Source of the DNA: an uncultured Rhodospirillales bacterium
GTDB taxonomy: Bacteria; Pseudomonadota; Alphaproteobacteria; RF32; CAG-239
Assembly (NCBI GenBank): GCA_902763185.1
Contig: CACWQT010000002.1
Span: 71,874-135,873 of the forward strand
Direction: 5' to 3'
Length of the DNA: 64,000 nt
The notes beneath the pieces are model-generated. The model was given only the letters and a program-made list of their open reading frames with translations. It searched no databases and was not told the DNA's origin. Shown piece by piece: positions 18,014-28,756 of the stretch. The position numbers and the translations under genes were made by a program. Position 1 is the stretch's first letter; every line of letters begins with the position of its first letter.

Positions 18014-19549
18014 TTAAATTTCATAATCAAATTTCCATTGACCGCTCTTCTTATCAAAAACACATCTCCGATTATCATATTCTTTTTTAAGCTGATAAAT
18101 AGCCGAGCCCTCGCGTATCGGTGTGTAATATCTATCAAGAAGTGTCGTATCCACATAATGCACAATTTCATTATGCATTTTTTCATCAGCAAACTTATTA
18201 AAATAGTTACGACCAAATACAAACTTTGGCTTTGTCGTTTCTATCAGCATATTTATGTTCGGTTTAGGCTTAATCCCGACTTTATCACCGATAACATCAA
18301 GCTGACCGATAAGCTGCCAATAATACGCCGGATCTTTGGCAAATATATTATACATAAAGCCATTTCCGTTAAAAACATAATCACACCGAGAAATATGCCG
18401 CGTAATATAATCCGGTAGATAAAATCTCTGTTGTTCCACCTCAAAAAGAGAATAATAGTATGTTCCCGTGTGCCATAGCATATACCCGACAGCGCCTATA
18501 ACAATTAACTCAACCACACGACAAATCCGATTGCACGCCATCAAAAGCGGCACACTGCATATTGCTGACAAATATACCAATAACCAGTAATAATAAGAAT
18601 AAGGTGAAAAATAAAATACGCGTTGCAAAAATTCGCAAACAAACAGCACTGCGACGACATTAAAACACGGCACTTTCTTTCCTAAAAGGACAACAATAAT
18701 ACCGCCCCACCCCATCCATACCAAAATTTTTATCCAAACCGGAAATTCTGCGATTCGTGTTTTTTCAAACCCCTGCTCTAATGCCAGATTAAACGTATAA
18801 TTGCAATCATAGTAGAGCTTCACCATATCATAGTAAAGAAGATATCCTAAAAAACCCAAAAGCAACACAATTGGCAAAACCAACGCTTTTCCCATATCGG
18901 ATGTTTTAATCTTATTATCATACCAATACCATAGCCCCATAATGCCCAAAACAAACAGAGGAAACAGTGCTTTTTGTGCAAACAAAAAACTGACCGTCAT
19001 CCATACCAAAGCAAACGTTAAGTCTTTACCTTTATGACACTTTAAATAGCGGATAAAATAATAAAGCCCGCCCATCAAACAAAAAATCATATAGTTATCA
19101 GGCCTTAAATCTATGGCATAAAGTTTATACCCCGGAGCCGCCACCATTGCTGCTGCGGCCATTCCCCAAAACTTGTCACCATAAAGCTCGTAAACAATCC
19201 GATATACATAAACAAGCGACTTCAAAAACACCAACAATGACACTAAACATGCCACCTCGGCAATCGTTGAATTATATTCAAAAAGCTTAGTTAACGGTGC
19301 AAACAAATACCATAACAACGGATTATGATGTTGGAAGAAATCCCGATACGGAACCTGACCGATGGCAATCATAAAACTGGAATGAATATGCTCAATATTA
19401 TCTCCGTTTTGCGTTGGGAAATAAGCAACCGCCAATGCATAAAAAACAGCCGCCGCAACCAAATAGAAAACAATACCAAACATCGGCACATATTTAAAAA
19501 ACAGTTCCCTTAAAGCATTTAAATTTATTTTACATTTTGCATCAACCAT
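18014..19549 (-). CDS. Large polytopic membrane protein, putative GT-C-type glycosyltransferase (ArnT/PMT-like)
   Basis: 511 aa and about 12 TM, with a first-loop acidic/His motif (GDNIEHIHSSF...PYRDFFQHHNP) and a soluble C-terminal domain. The assignment rests on architecture only. Confidence 0.5.
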   Translation of the reverse strand: MVDAKCKINLNALRELFFKYVPMFGIVFYLVAAAVFYALAVAYFPTQNGDNIEHIHSSFMIAIGQVPYRDFFQHHNPLLWYLFAPLTKLFEYNSTIAEVACLVSLLVFLKSLVYVYRIVYELYGDKFWGMAAAAMVAAPGYKLYAIDLRPDNYMIFCLMGGLYYFIRYLKCHKGKDLTFALVWMTVSFLFAQKALFPLFVLGIMGLWYWYDNKIKTSDMGKALVLPIVLLLGFLGYLLYYDMVKLYYDCNYTFNLALEQGFEKTRIAEFPVWIKILVWMGWGGIIVVLLGKKVPCFNVVAVLFVCEFLQRVFYFSPYSYYYWLLVYLSAICSVPLLMACNRICRVVELIVIGAVGYMLWHTGTYYYSLFEVEQQRFYLPDYITRHISRCDYVFNGNGFMYNIFAKDPAYYWQLIGQLDVIGDKVGIKPKPNINMLIETTKPKFVFGRNYFNKFADEKMHNEIVHYVDTTLLDRYYTPIREGSAIYQLKKEYDNRRCVFDKKSGQWKFDYEI

Positions 19550-19558
19550 TGTTCTTCT

Positions 19559-21691
19559 TTAAGATTTTCGCTGCAACTTAACCAAATTTATATTGCGTTT
19601 GAGTGCCTCACTTTGAGCCATATCTTCAACATCAATCACTTGTTTACTCCGCCAATTCGGATATTTATCAATGTCCGTCCCCGGCAAGTTTTGAATTTTC
19701 ATCGATTGGAAAACGTCTTCCGGCATCAACATAAATACTTCACTGTTTGTCTTAGCCATATATGCATGCACGGCTTCCTCCAACCCTTCCGGATAATTTT
19801 CTCCGTAAATATAATCACCGCAACGCAACTTATCTTGCGGCCAAACGCCAGCTCTATCTAAGGCATTGAGCAACAAGCGCCTTTCATGCTCGCGCCAATG
19901 ATATGCCTTTTGCGTTTCCTCTTCCGTATAAAATCCCAGCTTTTGCATGGTTGCAATTTCTGTTCCAAACCACCAAGCTTTCAACGGAGGCATATCATGT
20001 GTTCCGACCGAGGCAAAATATTTTTCTTCATACTCTTGCGGCTCTTTCATTGTCCCGTTATCATCTTTGCGCTCGCTCCACAACACACCCAACAGATAGA
20101 CATTGCGGTCAAGTAATCGTTCAATATATCCGCCTTCAACATTACCGATACATTCCCCGACCACTGCACATTTATTTAAATGACTCTCAATCGCCAAAAT
20201 ATTCATCATATCTTCTTCGTTGTAGCGAATATATGTTCCGGCGTCACCATTATCCGGAATAACAAACAATCTGGATAACCCCATAATGTGATCAATTCGT
20301 ATGGCACCGGCACACATCATATTTGCCCTTAAAATACGAATAAACGGTTTATAGCAACGCTCCTTTAACTCATCAGGATTAAATGCGCCCAAGCCCCATT
20401 TTTGCCCCAACGGAAAATAATTATCCGGTGGCGCACCGGCACCGCTTTTTGCCAAATAAAGTGATTTATCGCTCCATACTTCGGCGCTTGATTTAGAAAC
20501 ACCCACCGGCAAATCCCGATACAGCCCGATTGCCATGCCGCACTTTTTAATTTCGGCATAAACAGCTTTTAACTGCCGCTCGGCTTCAAATTGCAAAAAC
20601 TTAAAAAAGTCTATTTGGCGTGCATGCTCTTTGGCAAACTTTGAAACCGCATGACCCAAAGCTGTTTCTAAACCGGAAATATTTTTTTCTCCCAGATGAT
20701 GACGCTCTTCGGCTATCGCTTGAAATACCGCTAATCGATGTAAGTCTCCATTATCTTTCTTTTTGTAATTTTCAAATTGCTTAACATACTCATCTGATTG
20801 ATGGTCATTTAGTCGACAATATATGGCATAAAGCGCTTTCATTTTAAGAGCATTAACCGCCACATAGTCAATGGTTTCACTATCACGCGCTTTTTTAAGC
20901 AAATTCTCATCTTTATCACTTTTATGATAAAACGGCACTTTCTCCACATCAATATACATCGGATTTAAAAACAATCTGCTGACCGAGGCATACGGACTGG
21001 CATTTTCCGGATAGCAATATTGCAACACATTTAACGGATTAAGACCGATGACATCGCCACCGTTATCTGCAGTCAATTTAACCATATTCGCTAAATCTGT
21101 AAAATCGCCGATACCCCAATTTCGCTTGCTTTTTAATGAATAAAGTTGCAATGCAAAGCCGAACAGCTTTTCTCTATTTTTTTTATCAAACACATAACAT
21201 TTATCAGGAGCCACCGCCAACATTGTTTGATAAGTATTTTTGTTGGTCGTCAACTTTAACCGATAATAACCGATAGGCAAAACATCTGAAATTTCTGCCC
21301 TGAATTTCACATACGCACTCCGCCCCTCTTGCCTTGTTTCTTCCTCCTCAAACAAGACTTCGACCTCACTGAAATCATCACTTTCCTCCGGTGCTATCTC
21401 AACATAAATATCGCCTTCGGCTTCTTCTTTATTAAGCACCACATCAAAGAAACGTTTATCTTCCCTAAAGACGTATATTGCCTCCATCGCACGCTGCCAA
21501 CGTTTTTTCTCTAACCATTCCAACGACCTTTCAACCGCTGCATCATCTTTGGCTTTATATCCCATATCTTCAATCAAAAATCTGAGCAACTCATCAGAGG
21601 CTTCCACCGTTTTGTATCCGCTGCCTGCAAAATACTGATAAGATGTATAGATATGAACTTTATCAGCTAATTGTTTCAATAAAGAAGACAT
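19559..21691 (-). CDS. malQ: 4-alpha-glucanotransferase (amylomaltase, long form)
   Basis: 710 aa with WGIGDFTDL, LPVGV..SAEVW, and the catalytic region IRIDHIMGL. Confidence 0.9.
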   Translation of the reverse strand: MSSLLKQLADKVHIYTSYQYFAGSGYKTVEASDELLRFLIEDMGYKAKDDAAVERSLEWLEKKRWQRAMEAIYVFREDKRFFDVVLNKEEAEGDIYVEIAPEESDDFSEVEVLFEEEETRQEGRSAYVKFRAEISDVLPIGYYRLKLTTNKNTYQTMLAVAPDKCYVFDKKNREKLFGFALQLYSLKSKRNWGIGDFTDLANMVKLTADNGGDVIGLNPLNVLQYCYPENASPYASVSRLFLNPMYIDVEKVPFYHKSDKDENLLKKARDSETIDYVAVNALKMKALYAIYCRLNDHQSDEYVKQFENYKKKDNGDLHRLAVFQAIAEERHHLGEKNISGLETALGHAVSKFAKEHARQIDFFKFLQFEAERQLKAVYAEIKKCGMAIGLYRDLPVGVSKSSAEVWSDKSLYLAKSGAGAPPDNYFPLGQKWGLGAFNPDELKERCYKPFIRILRANMMCAGAIRIDHIMGLSRLFVIPDNGDAGTYIRYNEEDMMNILAIESHLNKCAVVGECIGNVEGGYIERLLDRNVYLLGVLWSERKDDNGTMKEPQEYEEKYFASVGTHDMPPLKAWWFGTEIATMQKLGFYTEEETQKAYHWREHERRLLLNALDRAGVWPQDKLRCGDYIYGENYPEGLEEAVHAYMAKTNSEVFMLMPEDVFQSMKIQNLPGTDIDKYPNWRSKQVIDVEDMAQSEALKRNINLVKLQRKS

Positions 21692-21702
21692 TTTCTACTC
21701 TC

Positions 21703-23778
21703 CTATTTTTTAATTTCAAAACACAGCACAGACCACGCCGGAACCCAAATTTCCACGCCGGCACCGAATTTATCCGCCTCTAATTGACCTGATGTATCTA
21801 GCAACAAATTCCAAGTATAAGATTTTTTAATATTCGGCAATTTCCATTTCACATCATTGGCATTGGCATTAAAAATCACCATAAACATTTTTTCGTTAGC
21901 CGCTACCATATAAGACAATGCATGACGATTACTTTGATACCAATCAGCTTGCTGGAATTCCACGCCCTTTTCGGTAAACCACGCCAAATCCTTTACTGTT
22001 TGCTTATTATCTATATAGCCACCGGTAAAGAAACTGCTCCGATTAAAAATCCCGATTTTGCGCCGAAGTTTGATCAAATCTTTCATAAAACGGATGTTTT
22101 CTATTTCTTCTTGTCCGATTGTATCCCACACCAAATAAGAAATGATATTATCTTGACAATAGGCATTGTTATTACCGAATTGCGTATTCATAAATTCATC
22201 ACCGGCATGCAACATCGGTGTTCCGAATGAAAGTAATAATGTCGCCGCCATTGCCCGCCGCCGCAACTTCCGATTTTCCAAAACAAGCCTGTCGGTAGTT
22301 ATACCTTCAAAACCGGAATTATAACTCCACGTGGCATCTGTTCCGTCGCGGTTATCCTCACCATTTGCCTGATTATGCTTATGATTATAACTGACCAAAT
22401 CATTTAAGGTCAAACCGTCATGCACGCTCACATAATTGACCGAACTCCAAATTGTCCGTCGTGTCGGTCCGAATATATCACTTGATCCGGAAATACGACT
22501 GGCAAGTTCACCGATTTGCCTGTCATCACCGCGCCAAAAACGTCTGACCACATCACGATATCTGTCATTCCATTCTAAATGTCCGGGAGGAAATGCCCCC
22601 AACTGATAACCGCCGATGCCGACATCCCACGGCTCATCTGTCATCTTAACCAAACGTAACACTTCATCTTGTCTGACCGACATTAAAAAGCCGCTGTTTT
22701 GACTAAATTCTTGTTTAACTCTGGCAAGTGATGTCGCCAAGTCAAATCGAAACCCGTCAACATGCATTTCTTCGACCATGTAGCGAAGTGAATCCATAAC
22801 AAGCGTCAACACATACGGATTTTGCAAATTAAACGATGCGCCACAACCGGTGCTGTCATAGTAATAGCGTTTATTTGTGCCGTCCAAGGTATAATAGCTT
22901 TCATTATCAATACCGCGATAAGAAAGTGTCGGTCCCAAATGATTTCCTTCAAAAGTATGGTTATAAACCATATCCAAAATCACTTCCAGTCCTTCCTCAT
23001 GAAAGCGCTTTACCATTTTCTTAAAATCATCGCTGTTACCGCCAACCAAATAGCTGGGCTCAAAAGCAAAAAAATTGAGTGTTTCATAGCCCCAATAATT
23101 AGATTTAACACCATCATACCGTTCGGCCATAAAAGCATTAATCGGCAACAATTCAACGGATGTCACACCAAGCCACTTCAGATAACTGCACACACTTTTA
23201 CTGGCAAGTCCCGCTAACGTTCCACGCTTAGCATCTTGAACCTTTGGATGCAGTTTGGTAAACCCTTTGACATGAAGTTCATAAAAAACCGTTTTTGATT
23301 CATCAACTTGTGGAGGCACATCATCGCCCCAATCAAAGGTGTTATTATCCGTAACCACAGACTTAGGCACATACGGAGCGCTATCCAAATAAGAAAAAGA
23401 TAAATCCTGATCCGGACTATCCGTATCATACCCGAAAATAGCCTTATTACGAATCAAACGACCGACAAGTTTTTTGGCATACGGATCAATCAACAATTTG
23501 TTCGGATTAAATCGTTTACCCTTTGCCGGATCATACGGGCCGTAAACCCGATACCCGTAAACCTGTCCTACCTTTACACCTTCAAGATAAATATGCCAAA
23601 TATTGTTTTCTTTAACCGGCATCTCAAAACGGCCGATTTCTTTAACGCCTGCTTGATCATATAAGCAAAGTTCCACTCTTAGGGCACCGGCAGAAAAGAG
23701 CGCAAAGTTTACGCCCCATTCATCTGCTGTTGCCCCCATCGGATAAGCGCGTCCGTCCCAAACTTTAATATCCGGCAT
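21703..23778 (-). CDS. glgX: Glycogen debranching enzyme GlgX
   Basis: 691 aa with the N-terminus YPMGATADEWGVNFALFS and the GH13 regions DMVYNHT, GFRFDLA, EPWD and YVSVHD. Confidence 0.9.
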   Translation of the reverse strand: MPDIKVWDGRAYPMGATADEWGVNFALFSAGALRVELCLYDQAGVKEIGRFEMPVKENNIWHIYLEGVKVGQVYGYRVYGPYDPAKGKRFNPNKLLIDPYAKKLVGRLIRNKAIFGYDTDSPDQDLSFSYLDSAPYVPKSVVTDNNTFDWGDDVPPQVDESKTVFYELHVKGFTKLHPKVQDAKRGTLAGLASKSVCSYLKWLGVTSVELLPINAFMAERYDGVKSNYWGYETLNFFAFEPSYLVGGNSDDFKKMVKRFHEEGLEVILDMVYNHTFEGNHLGPTLSYRGIDNESYYTLDGTNKRYYYDSTGCGASFNLQNPYVLTLVMDSLRYMVEEMHVDGFRFDLATSLARVKQEFSQNSGFLMSVRQDEVLRLVKMTDEPWDVGIGGYQLGAFPPGHLEWNDRYRDVVRRFWRGDDRQIGELASRISGSSDIFGPTRRTIWSSVNYVSVHDGLTLNDLVSYNHKHNQANGEDNRDGTDATWSYNSGFEGITTDRLVLENRKLRRRAMAATLLLSFGTPMLHAGDEFMNTQFGNNNAYCQDNIISYLVWDTIGQEEIENIRFMKDLIKLRRKIGIFNRSSFFTGGYIDNKQTVKDLAWFTEKGVEFQQADWYQSNRHALSYMVAANEKMFMVIFNANANDVKWKLPNIKKSYTWNLLLDTSGQLEADKFGAGVEIWVPAWSVLCFEIKK

Positions 23779-23796
23779 TTACCCTCTCTATAAAAA

Positions 23797-26094
23797 TTAG
23801 TATCTGATGTGTTTTAACACAATGGTAGAAAGCGGCGGCAACGTCAATGTGATGGAATGTGGGCGTCCGTGCATACTCTCATCATTGGCATAAACTTCGC
23901 CTTCGTTTCTGACACCACCGCCCCAATAGTTTTTATCATCGCTGTTAAAAATTTCTTGGTATGCACCCGTATCAGGCACACCGATTTTAAAGTTATGTCT
24001 GACTACCGGCGTGAAGTTACAAATAACAATCATATAATTGTTATAGTCATGTCCGCGACGGATATACGAGATAACACTGTCATCGGCATTGGCATGGTCA
24101 ATCCACTCAAAACCTTTATAATCAAAATCCTCTTCGTAAAAAGCAGAATTTCCTTTATACATCAAGTTCAAATCTCTGACACAATTTTGCATACCCTGAT
24201 ACATCGGATATTGTAACAAATGCCACCTTAAACTCTCAGCGGAATTCCACTCCCAATCTTGTCCGAATTCACTGCCCATAAACAACAGTTTTTTACCCGG
24301 ATGTGTCCACATAAAACCATAATATGCGCGAAGATTTGCAAACTTTTGCCATTCATCACCGGGCATTTTTCCGAGCATAGAACCTTTGCCATGCACAACC
24401 TCATCATGAGAAATCGGCAAAATGAAATTCTCGTTAAAAGCATAAAGCAGACCAAACGTCAACTTGCCATGTTCATATTTACGATAAATTGCATCTTTAC
24501 TGATATAGGTAAGCGTATCATTCATCCACCCCATATTCCATTTGTAACCGAAACCCAATCCACCCATTGAAGTAGGACGAGAAACCATCGGCCATGCGGT
24601 AGATTCTTCAGCGCAAGTCAATATCCCCGGACAAGTGCCATAGCAAAGTTCATTCATTTTTCTTAAAAACGCAATCGCTTCCAAATTTTCATTGCCGCCG
24701 TAAATATTCGGTATCCACTCACCGTTTTTACGAGAATAATCAAGATAGAGCATTGAAGCAACCGCATCCACACGCAACCCGTCAATATGATGTTCTTTTA
24801 ACCAATAAAGCGCACTGGAGCACAAAACATTGCTGACCTCTGTCCGCCCGTAATTATAAATTTTAGTTCCCCAATCTTTATGTTCACCTTTTCTCGGATC
24901 CGCATGTTCATAAAGATGCGTGCCATCAAATTCGACCAAACCGTGACCGTCTTTCGGGAAGTGAGCCGGCACCCAATCCATAATCACCCCGATATTAGCT
25001 TGATGGAATTTATCAATCATATAGCGGAAATCATCCGGATTACCAAACCGTGATGTCGGGGCAAACAACCCTGTTACCTGATACCCCCACGAGGCATCTA
25101 ACGGATGTTCACATAACGGCAAAAATTCCACATGCGTAAAGCCCATGTTCATAACGTATGGAACCAAGGTATCTGCCAACTCGCGATAGGTCAAAAATTC
25201 CGAACCGTTTTCCCCTTTTCTCCGCCATGAACCGAGGTGCACTTCATAGATACTCATCGGTCTGTCAAAACTGTTATAAGACGCACGATATTTCATCCAA
25301 TTATCATCACCCCAATGATAGTGTCCTAAATCAAAAACGATAGATGCAGTCTTTGGACGAACCTCAGAATAAAACGCCATCGGGTCACTCTTGGTCAGAA
25401 TATATCCTTCATGCGTTTTAATTTCATACTTATAATATTCTCCCTCTTTAATGTTTGGAATAAAAATATCCCACACGCCACAACCGTAATGCTTACGCAT
25501 AACATTCACGCGACCGTCCCAATTATTAAACGAACCGATAACCGAAACACGCTTGGCATTAGGTGCCCATACCGAAAAACCGACACCGGAAACACCGTTG
25601 ATTTCCATAACATGTGCGCCGAGTTTCTTATACAAATCGAGGTGATTACCTTCCGCAAAAAGATACTCATCTATATCACCCAAAATAGAAGGAAAAGAAT
25701 AAATATCTTCCTCTTCATAAACGTGCCCCTGATCGTTGGTAATTCTAAACTTATATTTAACATCATCAGGATTCTGCACACCCAAATTGATTTGATAAAA
25801 ACCACGCTCATCAAGTTTGGTCATCATTCCCCATGAGCTACCATCACGAGCAATTACTTCTATGGATTTTGAATTCGGTTTATACGCACGAATAAAAATC
25901 TCTTTACTTCCCTTATCACGATGCACACCCAGCACAGCCATAACATTTTCATAATCGCCGTTGATAATACATTCCATTTCATTCTTTGAAAGCAGATTAT
26001 TCATATTTCCCCCTTGCGGATTTAACACGGCAAAATTCTGCCGCTCTTTGTTTCCCTCATTTTTAACAGCTGTATTTTTAACTGTGTTGGTCAT
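23797..26094 (-). CDS. glgB: 1,4-alpha-glucan branching enzyme GlgB
   Basis: 765 aa with the GH13 regions [25 protein letters not shown] and [13 protein letters not shown]. The true start may be an internal Met (MNNLLSK, about 26004). Confidence 0.95.
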   Translation of the reverse strand: MTNTVKNTAVKNEGNKERQNFAVLNPQGGNMNNLLSKNEMECIINGDYENVMAVLGVHRDKGSKEIFIRAYKPNSKSIEVIARDGSSWGMMTKLDERGFYQINLGVQNPDDVKYKFRITNDQGHVYEEEDIYSFPSILGDIDEYLFAEGNHLDLYKKLGAHVMEINGVSGVGFSVWAPNAKRVSVIGSFNNWDGRVNVMRKHYGCGVWDIFIPNIKEGEYYKYEIKTHEGYILTKSDPMAFYSEVRPKTASIVFDLGHYHWGDDNWMKYRASYNSFDRPMSIYEVHLGSWRRKGENGSEFLTYRELADTLVPYVMNMGFTHVEFLPLCEHPLDASWGYQVTGLFAPTSRFGNPDDFRYMIDKFHQANIGVIMDWVPAHFPKDGHGLVEFDGTHLYEHADPRKGEHKDWGTKIYNYGRTEVSNVLCSSALYWLKEHHIDGLRVDAVASMLYLDYSRKNGEWIPNIYGGNENLEAIAFLRKMNELCYGTCPGILTCAEESTAWPMVSRPTSMGGLGFGYKWNMGWMNDTLTYISKDAIYRKYEHGKLTFGLLYAFNENFILPISHDEVVHGKGSMLGKMPGDEWQKFANLRAYYGFMWTHPGKKLLFMGSEFGQDWEWNSAESLRWHLLQYPMYQGMQNCVRDLNLMYKGNSAFYEEDFDYKGFEWIDHANADDSVISYIRRGHDYNNYMIVICNFTPVVRHNFKIGVPDTGAYQEIFNSDDKNYWGGGVRNEGEVYANDESMHGRPHSITLTLPPLSTIVLKHIRY

Positions 26095-26664
26095 AACTAT
26101 AAAACTCCAAAATAAAATAAAAATTTGATATCAACTCATGTATAAAGCAAAACAAAAAAAATGCAAGAAAATTGTCAGATTTTTTTAAATATTTAATTCC
26201 GATTTTTTATTTTAAAAGCAACCCTTTGGCTTTAAAAAAAATATTCAAAAATTTTACCGTTTTTTAAAAATCGCAACACCCGATTTTTCAAAATTGATCT
26301 CAAAAATTTGGTTATCCATTCATTTTTTTTGCACAATAAAAATTTTTTTCAGCTCAAAAATTTTTCTGATAAGTTTACCCTTAAACATTAAAAAAAAATC
26401 ATAGCAAAAACGCAACACCAAACATTGAAGAAAACATTTTATTTTCAAATGCATATCATACACTTTTCAACAAATAAAAATACACAAAAAACATCTCATT
26501 TTGTACCCGAAAAAATTTTTCTGCGTCCCTCTTTTTTTTAAATTTTTTTAAACTATTTATGACTATAACATAACCCAATTGCGATTTTTTAAAATTTCGT
26601 ATTTACAAAAAAAAATTTTTATTTTATAGTAACCAACGTTAAAACACTTTTTTGGAGAATTGAA

Positions 26665-26874
26665 ATGACATTCAATGAAAATTTAATTAGAGAAGCTGCT
26701 TACTACAATTGGCAAAATGCTGGTTGCCCGTTCGGTCAGGATGAAAAATTCTGGAACATGGCCATTGAACAAATCTATGGTAGCAAAGCAACTCAATCTT
26801 GCTGCAAGACATCTTCTTCTAAGAAGACATCTAGCAACAAAAAATCTACTTCTTCTAAATCTAAAAAGAAGTAA
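26665..26874 (+). CDS. DUF2934-like small protein with a Ser/Lys-rich tail
   Basis: 69 aa. IREAAYYNWQNAGCPFGQDEKFWNMAIEQI resembles the DUF2934 core, and the tail is CCKTSSSKKTSSNKKSTSSKSKKK. It has a GGAGAA RBS and a strong terminator. Confidence 0.65.
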   Translation: MTFNENLIREAAYYNWQNAGCPFGQDEKFWNMAIEQIYGSKATQSCCKTSSSKKTSSNKKSTSSKSKKK

Positions 26875-26894
26875 TTTTTCAAGCTTTGAAAATT

Positions 26895-26927
26895 AAAAAA
26901 CCTCCTTTGATTTAAGGAGGTTTTTTT
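26895..26927 (+). terminator. Rho-independent terminator
   Basis: AAAAAACCTCCTT-tgattt-AAGGAGGTTTTTTT. Confidence 0.85.
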
Positions 26928-27010
26928 ATACCTAAAAATCAAAATTCATTTACCTAAAATTAAATCTCTTTTCCTAAAATAACTCTGTTAAGTAACCAGA
27001 GAAAATTGAA

Positions 27011-28225
27011 ATGAAAAAAACAAATCCGTTAAAACGATTAGACATTGCCTGCTTTTTGCGCTCGCAACTATACCTTGCACCGGTGTTATTACTGTTTTAC
27101 CAACAAAATGGTTTAACCATCACCGACTTCATTTTATTCCAAGGAATTTTCCAATTAACCGGAATTGTTTTTGAGATTCCCTGCGGCTATATTGCCGATA
27201 CAATCACCAAGAAAAAAGTGCTCATTTTAGCCTTTACCTGCTTCTTTTTAAGAGCGGCATTATGGCTCAATTTTTCGGGCGTTTATATCGTCTTACTGGG
27301 TGAATTATTTAATGCACTTTCCAGAGCATTTCTATCCGGCGTTTATGACAGCTATATATATGATTATCTTCGCTCTGAAAACAAAACCAAACGCATGTTA
27401 AAAGAATGCGGACGCACCAATTTTGCCATGTCCGGCGGTGCCATGTTTGCTGCCATATTCAGTGCTTGGTTATACAAACATTACGGCACGGTCATTCTGC
27501 TTTCATTAGAATTTTGTTTAACCCTGACCAGTATCATTTTGCTGACCACACTTCCGAACCCACCTTCGGCACGCCCGCACGGTATCACCTTAAAACAGAA
27601 ATTCATTGAAATAAAAGATACCACTATTGCCACCATCAAAAATCGCAACATCAATGTCTACATTTTATATTCGGCATTGCTCTTCTCCACCACCTCACTC
27701 TTTTGTTGGTGCTTCCAACCGCTCTTAAAAATTTCTGCCGCACCGATATTCATGTTTAGCATCATCCCTGTCATCAACCACGCACTCCGCGCCGGATTCG
27801 CATACTATGTTAACCGACTCAAGAATTTCTTAGGATTTAACCGTTTATGGGCTGTAACATCTTTCTTATGTTTTTACTCTTTTGCCTGTATGATTTTAAG
27901 TTTTTATTTCAAGATGCCTTACATTTCAGGTCTTTGCTTATTCTTTGTCTGCATCGGTATCGGATTCCAACAGGCAACGGCAATTGCTAATATCAACCAT
28001 ATTCACACCTTTGCACTTGAAGAAACGCGCGCCACCATTTCCTCGGTAAATAATATGTTGCAACAAACTATTTCCGGCATTTCTTTGATATGTTTCAAAT
28101 TTGTTGTTTCTTCAGGTGAAAGCGGTAGTGGACTGGGTTTTTCCGGCGCATTTAGTATCTTTTGCGTTTTCTATATGACGATGTTTGCTTTCCTCTTTTA
28201 CAAGATATCTCATCGCCCGTCTTAA
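27011..28225 (+). CDS. MFS-type transporter (paralog of 14288..15499)
   Basis: 404 aa and about 12 TM. LLLFYQQNGLTITDFILFQGIFQLTGIVFEIPCGYIAD aligns with the 14288 gene product. Confidence 0.75.
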   Translation: MKKTNPLKRLDIACFLRSQLYLAPVLLLFYQQNGLTITDFILFQGIFQLTGIVFEIPCGYIADTITKKKVLILAFTCFFLRAALWLNFSGVYIVLLGELFNALSRAFLSGVYDSYIYDYLRSENKTKRMLKECGRTNFAMSGGAMFAAIFSAWLYKHYGTVILLSLEFCLTLTSIILLTTLPNPPSARPHGITLKQKFIEIKDTTIATIKNRNINVYILYSALLFSTTSLFCWCFQPLLKISAAPIFMFSIIPVINHALRAGFAYYVNRLKNFLGFNRLWAVTSFLCFYSFACMILSFYFKMPYISGLCLFFVCIGIGFQQATAIANINHIHTFALEETRATISSVNNMLQQTISGISLICFKFVVSSGESGSGLGFSGAFSIFCVFYMTMFAFLFYKISHRPS

Positions 28226-28318
28226 ACCGACACAAATACCTTTTAATCTTAACCAAATATAAAGCAATTTTGCTTTAAAATCAGCGCAAATCATGTTAAT
28301 TTTATAAGGATATTTTAG

Positions 28319-28756
28319 ATGTCTGCTTGGCTTGTTTTTTTAATTGTTGCCGTTATCTTTTTCTTTGTAGAAATTTACACACCGACAATGTTTTTCTTAA
28401 ACTTTGCGCTGGCCTCTCTTATCTGCGCATTTTTAGGCATTTTTACTGACAATTACAATCTGCTTGTGCCGGTTTTTGTAATCCTCTCTATTGTATTCAT
28501 CTTATTCCTGCGTCCACTCTTAAATCTTCATCCGCAAAAGACCGCCAGCAAAAAGTTTGAATCACAATATATCGGACAACTTGCAACCGCCATCACCGAT
28601 ATTACCGCCTTCTCAGGTCGCATTCAAATTTATGATGAAAATTGGGAAGCGCGCCTTGCTGATGAGAACCAAGCTGACATCAAAAAAGGCTCTAAAGTAA
28701 CCATCATTCGTCATGATGATTTAACCATGTATGTCGAAAAGAAAGGAAAGAAGTAA
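28319..28756 (+). CDS. NfeD family membrane protein
   Basis: 145 aa with N-terminal TM helices and a C-terminal OB-like domain. It is stop/start coupled to the SPFH gene, which is the classic NfeD-SPFH pairing. Confidence 0.8.
   Translation: MSAWLVFLIVAVIFFFVEIYTPTMFFLNFALASLICAFLGIFTDNYNLLVPVFVILSIVFILFLRPLLNLHPQKTASKKFESQYIGQLATAITDITAFSGRIQIYDENWEARLADENQADIKKGSKVTIIRHDDLTMYVEKKGKK

Noticed and set aside
26095-26664. The possibility that the AT-rich 570-bp region is a chromosomal replication origin.
   Set aside because: I found only one near DnaA-box (TTATCCATT at 26312..26320). No box cluster is present, and no dnaA, dnaN, parAB, hemE or similar origin-linked genes lie nearby. A regulatory or curved promoter region is more parsimonious.
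14288-28225. The two paralogous MFS transporters (14288 and 27011) considered as boundaries of a duplicated segment.
   Set aside because: Only the two genes themselves are similar, and only at the protein level. The flanking DNA is unrelated, so this is ordinary paralogy rather than a segmental repeat.
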